NCBI GenBank assembly: GCA_002269645.1
Contig: NIVC01003184.1
Location: 1-51,877, forward strand
Origin: Macrostomum lignano
Lineage: Eukaryota
Length of the DNA: 51,877 nucleotides
Direction: 5' to 3'
Shown in pieces: positions 44,166 to 51,877 of the stretch (positions are counted from its first letter, which is position 1; the number at the start of each line of letters is the position of its first letter). The position numbers were made by a program, and so were the translations under genes. The notes beneath the pieces were generated by a model that saw nothing but the letters and a program-made list of their open reading frames with translations, ran no database searches and had not been told where the DNA came from.

Positions 44166-44172
44166 CCTGCCT

Positions 44173-45275
44173 GAGTACATTGCAAAGCATCAGCGCAGAC
44201 TGGCCGAGACCAAGAGAATTGTGCGACAGCGATTGCGAGCCGAGATCCAATGCCGCGAAGAATACTATGAGAACCAACCCAAGCCCATGGAACTGCAGCC
44301 AGAGACCTGGTCTGCCTGGCCAACCTAAAGCTTGAGTTTGGCAAGCTGCCGAAGTTTCACCAGCCATACAAAAGCTTGTGTGCTAGTGTATGTTTCTGTT
44401 AATTACCTTTACTATTCTTTGTGCCTAATAAAATGCCTATTACGATTCATACATGTAAATTAGCCAATTTTTAAACCATGTTATAAATCACCATGTTAAA
44501 TTTGCGTGCAAACTAGAAACTAATTTTAGCATTTGTTTTACTATGCAAAATATTATCGATAAATATTTTTGTTATAAACATAGCCGTCTAAAACAGTATA
44601 TATAAGAGTGATTTTGCCAAATAAAAGTAACCTTTTCTTGCTCTCGAAATATTCGTGCACTATAATATTGGTTTGTTCTATATTCTCAGATAAACTTTGA
44701 AATCTTGTTGAGTTAGTTATTTTAAGGAAAAAGGGAGTGACAGTGCTCAGAAACTTACTAAGAGAAGGGATTGGGAAAATATTACAAAGGGAAATTCAGA
44801 GAGTTGTGCTGTGACCCTCTAATCCCGGTGAACGCCCGACTAGGACAATATAATAAGTTCATGTACCAGTACTAGACCACTCAGGCCATACATAAGACGC
44901 TACCAGACTAATACATCAGACACTACCAGACTAATACAGAAAACGCTACCAGAAAATCCAAATGAAATTCTAAGAAACAGTTAGAAACATTAAGGCAAGA
45001 TTTAGTGTCAGTAGTAGAATTAGTGAGATATTAAGAAGAAAGAGTCAGCCCCTGTAACAATTTGGTGGCATAACGGTGGAATTTTCATAGAGAGCCAAAA
45101 GGTCTGCAACAACTTTGGTGGCAATAGTGGGATAATTGAAGGAAAAATCAGCCCTGTTACACTTGTACAAAGTTAACAGAAAGGTCGGCGAAGTAGCCTA
45201 TTGGATCCAGCCAGCAACTGCCCAATGAGGACGCCCCGCCAAAATTTTGGTACATCGCAACAACATAATTAAGGT
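44173..45275 (+). pseudogene. Integrase C-terminal (GPY/F) region split by solo LTR 2
   Basis: Removing 44379-45165 restores KLPKFHQPYKSLYKVNRKVGEVAYWIQP...VHRNNIIK. Confidence 0.8.
44379..45161 (+). mobile_element. Solo LTR 2, 783 bp, with internal PBS modules
   Basis: Termini TG...GTTACA, 4-bp TSD CTTG (44375-78 and 45162-65), and TATA GTATATATAAG near 44597. Confidence 0.8.
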
Positions 45276-45624
45276 GCCACAGATAATGGCAAATCAACTG
45301 CAGGAGCCGCCGCGCCAGACAGAGTGGCCAATGTTGCCCTGACAAAGCTCAGCCTAACCTGCGTGACAGCCATTTGTTTGAGCTGAGCCTGCGCCATCCA
45401 GAAGTGCTGCCTGAGGGCGACCCGGATCTGCCTGACATTGGCATGGAGCTTGAGATTTAAAGGTATTTACCAATGAATTTTCTGTTGCGCCAAGTTGCTA
45501 ACTTTTGATGCGCATTACTAGTAGTAGTCCAATTTGTGAACACATTCCGCTTTTAATTTTGCTGTAAGCTTTCTCTGCACCTGCTCTGTGCTAAAAGCTG
45601 GTTTTAATTTTTCCATTTAAATTT

Positions 45625-45980
45625 CTCTTTTCCTTATGCTTTCCGAATAAAAGCAGGCGTCAATTTCAATTTCAATGTACTTTTCCTTATGCTTTCCAGA
45701 TAAAAGCAGGCGTCAATTTCAATTTCAATGTATTTTCCTTATGCTTGAGGGATAAAAGCAATTTCAATTCAATGTACTTTCCTTATGCTTGAGGGATAAA
45801 AGCAATTTCAATTTCAATATACTTTCCTTATGCTTGAGGGATAAAAGCAATTTCAACTTCAATGTACTTCCCTTATGCTTGAGGGATAAAAGCAATTTCC
45901 ATTTCAATGTACTTTCCTTATGCTTGAGGGATAAAAGCAGCTGTTAATTTTGCCATTCCTTATGCTTTAAAAGCAGGGTA
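45625..45980. repeat. 45-55 bp tandem repeat TTTCCTTATGCTTGAGGGATAAAAGCAATTTCAATTTCAATGTAC
   Basis: About 7-8 copies, each with a TGCTT/AAGCA inverted pair. Confidence 0.9.
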
Positions 45981-47308
45981 CATTCTGAACAGTTTCAGTG
46001 CTCATGTAAAGTGCACGATTTGCTATTTATCCTATGCATTTCATTAATTTAGCACTCTTGCACTCTCTATTTATCCTTAGGCTTTCTGGAAAAAGCTTGT
46101 ACCAATGCGATCATATTTATTCAACACAACGATTATTTAACCCATGCAAATTATTTAGTCAATGCGATACCATATGAAATCATTGTGTAATTGCATTCAT
46201 TAGTTGAATCCCCATTTCATGTGAACTTCTTTACACGCGCTTAAAGTGCAGAAGTATCCCATTTTCACCTTATGCTTTCAGGAGAAAAGCAGCTAACTAA
46301 ATTGTAAAATCTAGTTTGTTTAAACCTAAGGTCCCCCTCTCTGCTATTTTGTGAGCCCATTGTCTCGGGCATACATGTGCAACAGTTGGCCGAGTTGGCC
46401 GATCCGGCTGATTGATTTGGCGTCCAACCAATGTAAGTCGCAAAAAATGTTCACCGAATAAATACAAAAGTAGTACTAAGTAGATGATGAGGCATTTTGC
46501 CTTGATAAGACAGTCATAGCCACTCCTGCCGTTTATCCAAAGTTGTGTTAATTTTGCTTTAGGTTTCTTTTATATGTAAGTCGCATTTTTGGCAAAAGAC
46601 CACGTCGCATCTTTGTTAAAACTAAGTCACACGGCCGACTGAATTTTGGAGGTTGCACATGTATGGTCTTGGGGCCAAGCAGACTATGCCCCACTCAGGT
46701 CAAGCACCCCAGATCTAGGCCTTGTCCACAGTGGAGAGCATTCGAGGACTTGACTGCCCCCTGCTCTTTCTTGAATTTTGCTCAAGCCAGGGAACTCGTG
46801 AGAGCTGCCAGTTTGGCTCCTCCTTCCCCTGTGCAATTTGTTAACACCTGTGCATTGTAACTTATGAAGCCCCACACCTGTTATACTGGTCGCTAACCTT
46901 CTATTATTCTATTATGCTATTTTAACTTTGCTATGCGATATACAGTTTGTTTAACTGCCAATCTGTTTAATGTGAGCCGTTTAAGGCGCCCCCATCTGAT
47001 TCATTTGTTCTCGACCCCCGCCGTGCAGTTATCTGTTTATTACTCCTTGATTTCATGCACCCACCCCATTTTTTGCAGGCCACCATAGAGTGCATGAGGA
47101 AGCATCAACCCGCTCCCACAGTTGGTGCCTTTTCTGCCTTTTATTCAATGGTTGGTTTTGAGCCTAACTATTTAAAGGCCACTTTCTCTTGTTTGTCATC
47201 AATTGGTTTTATTCCACAATATTATAGCTAATTCTGCTCTGTCAAGTTATCATTTTCTATTATTGTTAATCTCCGACAAGTTTTGACAAATTCAATCTGT
47301 AAAACCTG

Positions 47309-48118
47309 TTGGTTTGTGTCATGACCAATGGCGCCGTGCCCAGAGAGACGTCGACGAGCAAGACCACGCTCACTGTGACGCCCAGCTTGGCGACCGCCCT
47401 GAACCAGGCCCCGTGGCTTGATGCGCAGTCCGCCATGACGATTCAGGCTATCACAGCCACTGCGGATGGCATGAGTCCTGCCAGAATCTGTTTGGAAGAG
47501 GCGTTGAATGACGCCTATTTGCAGGCCACCCAAAAAAGTTGTGTGCAATTGGACGCCCCTTGGAGGGCATTGTGTGGCCTCATGCCTCCTAAGTCCATGC
47601 TTGACATCCTAGAGCGCCTGCTAGAGTGCGCCGAGGACTGCTTGCGGCAACAGCCTGGACACCCTCAGCCAGCTCTGGCCTTGCTGTTGGCGCTATCCTA
47701 CCTGGAGGCTGGCCATCTCCAGGATGGCTGGCGGCCCCGACTTTGCGCATTCTGGGACTCTGCCATCTTAAAAGCCCCGGAGTAGCTGCTGTACGAGGAA
47801 GGGCGCATGTATGTGCTCGGGTGGCCCCCAGCTAGCTCACCCCAACCGCTGAACCTGCCCAGCAGCAATCGCGGGCCAAAGCCAACCGAGAGCCCGCCCA
47901 CCTGCAGCACGGAGGTGGCACTTCCAGCGACGGCTGCCCGTCTGGCCGTGGAGGTTGAGTTTCAACCAGCCAAGGCCACTAATCTAAAAGCGAAAACAAG
48001 GTTTTGTTTTAACAATTTCCATTTGAGTGCCCCAGTGCATGTGGCAGTGGGGTTGCCACAGTTAATTAATTTTTATTTTAATAGTTATTCAAATGCATGC
48101 CAATATTTTCTTGCATGA
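47309..48118 (+). pseudogene. Unknown GC-rich ORF interrupted by one in-frame TAG (47783-85)
   Basis: ORFs 47309-47785 and 47807-48118 share a frame and are separated only by that stop. No recognisable domain. Confidence 0.35.
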
Positions 48119-48145
48119 GTGCCAACCTATGTCTATGCGGCCATC

Positions 48146-49035
48146 TGTAGTTCAATGACCTCACCTTTCTCTCTGTTGGCCCCAAGTATAGACCATTTGT
48201 TGAAACTTATTTTCCCAATTTCTAGCCCAATGCATTTTCATTAGTTGTTTTTAATCATTTTCTGCATGTTTTCAGTCAGTTTTTACTCAATAGCCATCCC
48301 TATTGCAGCGCATGGCTTAAGTACAACAGACGCCTACACAACCTGCGCCACGCTGTGAAATGACTTACCTGTGAAAGAAACCCTAAAGCAAAATTAACGC
48401 AGTTTTGGGTAAACGGCAGGAGTAACTATGACTGTCCCATCAAGCCCAAATGCCTCGGCATCTAATTAGTACCGCGCTGCGCCATACTAATCGCCGCGCG
48501 CCGTGCCGCGCCGCGCCGTATTAGATCCGCGCCGGACGCCGTCCGCCAAAATTCCCATGCGCTGCAATCAGGATAGCCATTGTGTGGCCCCAGTGTTGGC
48601 AAGTTCAGGCCCCATGCCTAGAATTAATATATATGTCCTACTATAAATAAGTTGCACTCTGTTTAATTTTCTGCATACTCTTTCGCTCCCCCTCTCCCTT
48701 CTGTTTGCTCTTTTGCTCTTGTCTTCTTACTGTTAGATTAGCATATCAGTTTCTTCATTTTAAGTTTTTATTAGCGCACTGGCGGCCGTGAAATTAATTG
48801 TCAGTAGCAATTTACTTTGATCTATAAATAACCTGCTCAAGCTATTAATAATCTGTTTCAATAATAAATATCGACAACTTAAACCTTTAACATTTATTTT
48901 GTTGACATAAGCCATGGCCTATCTTGAATCATTTGCCCATGGGGCATAAAATGACCAATTCTCAACTCAAAGAAAGCTCTGAGACCCTTTACATTCCATA
49001 ATACATAAAACTGTGCAACTGTGGTGGCAGCTAAT
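48146..49035 (+). mobile_element. Probable (partial) LTR related to the LTR remnant at 40374-40490
   Basis: 48911-49030 is a ~115-bp direct repeat of 40374-40490. TATA CTATAAATAAG near 48640 and AATAAA near 48863. The 5' boundary is a guess (TGTAG at 48146, no clear PPT). Confidence 0.4.
48352..48477 (+). pseudogene. Degenerate 28S rRNA fragment (H68-H71 region)
   Basis: GGGTAAACGGCaGGAGTAACTATGACT and CCAAATGCCTCGgCATCTAATTAGT each match the eukaryotic LSU consensus with one mismatch. The central CTCTTAAGGTAG is replaced. Confidence 0.8.
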
Positions 49036-49049
49036 ACGGCTAGCAAAAG

Positions 49050-49605
49050 AATAATTAAGAGCCCTGGGACAGATTAGATCATTTCTTATTTTTCAGAATT
49101 CTATGAGTTCTAAGAATTCTATTATTTTTATTTTGCCTAACTTTGGCAATTACTATTATTAATTTTTTGTATTATTAAAAAATCACCATTCTGTGCTAAA
49201 TCAAATTCCCGCCAAAATATTGTATACACATATATTTGTTTAAATGCACTAGTTGTTTTAACAAAGTAATTTTGTTTTAGTGAATCAAATTAATTTGTTT
49301 TAGTAAAGTCTTTGTTTAAATGAATGTTACACTAGCCAATGGAGAGAAAGATTTGTTAGTATTAATAAAAGACAAAAACTAAGGAACTTTCTTCAACCTT
49401 CTTTGTGGTTCTCTATTTGTAACATTTCTCTGTAACAATGCTGAAGAATTAGCATTGTTACAACTTTAGTAGGGCCTAACAGTAATGACATCATTATAGA
49501 GGACAGAAAAATATATACTATAATAGCTGATGCCGATGGTATCAGTGTGATGTATAAATAGAGAGGAAAAAGAACTGTGACAACTTGTTGGCTTAATAGT
49601 GAGAT
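49050..49605 (+). mobile_element. LTR fragment homologous to 39000-39400, with PBS modules
   Basis: 49455-49575 aligns by eye with 39287-39400, and 49075-49110 with 39003-39035. Confidence 0.6.
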
Positions 49606-49804
49606 TTCTTACCATATAGGGCCTAGGAATACCTTAGCCTACTATAACTTAAAGTATAATATAGCTAATTAAGATAGGCTTATGCCATTAGCATTTGGCT
49701 ATTGGCTAGGCCTACGCTAGGCCCTAGTCAAACTTGTGTCTAGGCCTAACTATATATACCAATGGCAATCTTAATACTTTGTAGATCAATAATATCATAT
49801 ATAT

Positions 49805-50497
49805 GAGTATAACTTTGGCTGTCAACTCCTCCATCAACTTTTCCGTCAGCTTTTCCATTAACTTTTCCATTAAATTTTCCGTTAACTTTTCTGTCAGCTT
49901 TTCTGTTAGCTTTTCCGTTAACTTTTCCGTCAACTTTTCTGTCAAATATTCTGTCAAATTTTCCGTCAACAATTTATTGTTCTCAAAAAACATATTTGAC
50001 TTTCTCGAATAGGATCAATGGATCATCATGCAAATAGCTCTTTGATCATTTATTGTGTTTGCATGCTTATATATCAATGAAAAAACAAGCCTACATTAGT
50101 AACAACATGCATCTTTTCCATTTTCCCTAGTATCAACGCTTTATTTCACAAAGATAAATCAATGAAGAAGTGCAGATGTTGTAGTGCAGGTAGTGCAGCA
50201 AAACCAATTAAATTCTGGAACATGTCGCGCTGACTTGCGTGTTTTTTTTATAATTTATACATGTACATGTATACTCAACGAATTTAAAGCATGTATAAAA
50301 AATTGCTAAGGAAACTGCACTTATGCAAAAAATTAACACTTTCCATTCAGAGTATACAAAAAATTTGATAGAATTTTTATGGACTTGCAAATGTTGATGA
50401 AATAGTTAACGGAAAAGTGATGAGATATTTGGCAGAAAAGTAAATGGAATAGTAAACGGAAATGTTGACGGAAGAGTTGACGGCCAGAGTTATACTT
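49805..50497. mobile_element. MITE/foldback-like element with long imperfect TIRs built from 12-bp subrepeats (TTTTCCGTCAAC)
   Basis: Left arm GAGTATAACTTTGGCTGTCAACTCCTCC; the right arm reverse complement is AAGTATAACTCTGGCCGTCAACTCTTCC. AT-rich flanks. Confidence 0.7.
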
Positions 50498-51059
50498 GTA
50501 TCATATATATAGACTTTAACTTAAGGACTATTTATATTATTACATACCAAAAATATATATATATTATTTCTATAGCCTACTCAGGCAACTTAGCAATAGA
50601 CAAAAAGTTCCACCTGTTGTTGTACAACTTTTCATTTAAAATACACAGTAAAATGTGATTGTGAATAAAAGTATCTTTGCCTTTGCTTTGCTTAGTGGGT
50701 GGAACTTTCGACTGATGACGGATGTTGTTGGGGATCAAATCTCAAAACCACCTATGCCTTGCCTACTAGTCTGGAGAGTCTAGGTGTTATCTATATATTT
50801 ATAGTCGATAACATTTTAGTATAGTTAGATATTGGATAAAGAGACGAAATATTTTTATAGTTAAACCTTTGCACTTTGCTGCGCAATGCGCGATATAACT
50901 CTTTCATAGAAAATGGGATTCTACCCGTATTACGCCACACGGTAATAAGCATTTTACGGCCATGGTTACGGCTCGATAAGCATCGGGAGTTTTTCGTCTT
51001 TCGTGTGTTTCGGAAAACAGGCCTGGCAGACAGACTGCCGAGCTCAAGCTCAAGGGGGT

Positions 51060-51877
51060 ACGGGAAGCTAGTTTAATCGTGTCTGAACGTTGTACTGACA
51101 TAAGTTGATGCCTCCCAGCATCACATACGCGAGTCTCATTTGGATTAGCGTACTGGAGCAGAAGACCGCCTGTTAGCGCCTGTACCAGATGCAGGGCAGC
51201 ATTTTTTGCGCCATCACAGGTGCGTACCCGTCTACCCCTTACGAGGGGCTGAACACTATCCTTAATCTTCCTCCGCTTCACCTATTTATTAGGGTGGAGG
51301 CTATGAAGTCCGCCTCACGACTTATCAGAGATAAACGTTAAATAACGCACCCTCTAGCTTTATGCCAATGAAAACCCTAATCCCGCATATGGATTTTGTC
51401 CGTCGCGACCTCAACAACATCCACATGGACCTGGACAATGTGGATAGTCGCCTCCCCGCTCTCAATACGAGGAGGGGCTTCCAGACCGCCATCCCTGGCC
51501 GAGACAGCATTCGCTGGATGTCGGCGTGAACCGGCGCAGCCAGGGCATTCACTGCTTCAACGACGGCTCGCTGTTCAGCGGCCGCGCTGGAGCAGATATT
51601 GTCATTTTCCACGAGGGTAAGATGCTCTTCCAGAGAAGGTCTGCACCTCAGCAGTGAGAACACTCGTTTCCAAGCTGAAATTTGCGCCATTGTGCGCCAG
51701 CACCTGCTCCAGGCAAATATTAATAACTTCAATATTAACTTTTACACTGATAGCCAAGCCGCTATTAAGGCCTTAACACTGAGAATATCTCCGCTGCTAC
51801 AGTATATCAATGCCACCGCAGTGTGCAATCCCTCTCAGTCCTTAACAGGATTAGAATTATATCTGGACACCCGCGGT
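51060..51877 (+). mobile_element. Non-LTR retrotransposon (R1/LOA-like) RT thumb plus RNase H, decayed, running off the window
   Basis: PSITYASLIW...AITGAYPSTPYEGLNTILNLPPLHLFI; NDGS...FQAEICAI...[12 protein letters not shown]. Confidence 0.88.

Larger units (their letters stand above)
40374..45460 (+). mobile_element. Internally deleted Ty3/gypsy retrotransposon hosting nested insertions
   Basis: LTR end CACTTCA (40784), then PBS TGGTGTCAG (40786, tRNA-Leu CAA type). Followed by gag, a Cys/His knuckle CYRCNRKHHADEC (43225-43263), the RT N-terminus and the integrase C-terminus. Confidence 0.85.

Noticed and set aside
47309-47785. DIRS/Ngaro tyrosine recombinase N-terminal domain
   Set aside because: The resemblance is vague, and the in-frame continuation shows no R-H-R-Y catalytic motifs.
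48404-48450. Circularly permuted twister ribozyme (GTCCC..AAGCCC, GGGTAAA..GGAG)
   Set aside because: No P1/P2 or GGG pseudoknot partner can be built, and the 28S origin explains most matches. An Infernal search would settle it.

Overview
Repeat-rich animal genomic DNA. GC-rich poly-Q/poly-A exons, very large simple-repeat arrays and TTAGGG-type repeats suggest a flatworm such as Macrostomum (inference only). The window has no prokaryotic features and no CRISPR array. Two intact spliced genes converge on a 4.6-kb (TATC)n array. One is a syd-1/RhoGAP100F/SYDE orthologue (PDZ-C2-RhoGAP, + strand, join 3996-4226, 4906-5917, 14282-15292, 16080-16240, 19103-19666; 992 aa). The other is a COX18-like Oxa1/YidC insertase (- strand, join 27445-26987, 26112-25903, 25229-24879; 339 aa). 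Every intron carries its own tandem array close to the 3' splice site, and syd-1 intron 2 also holds a decayed piggyBac. From 27.8 kb onward the window is satellite plus a nest of decayed mobile elements (hAT, Penelope-like, Ty3/gypsy, solo LTRs, two RNase H LINEs, a MITE). The most unusual signals are: (1) tandem ~54-60 bp modules of purine tract + TGT(A/T)ACA + tRNA-Leu primer-binding site inside several LTR ends; (2) a rewired 28S rRNA H69-H71 fragment altered exactly at the R2/I-PpoI site; (3) a tandem tRNA-Ala-like Pol III promoter array in a COX18 intron; (4) systematic CpG/CpA C-to-T erosion of the transposons; (5) branch-point-like tandem arrays before each acceptor site.
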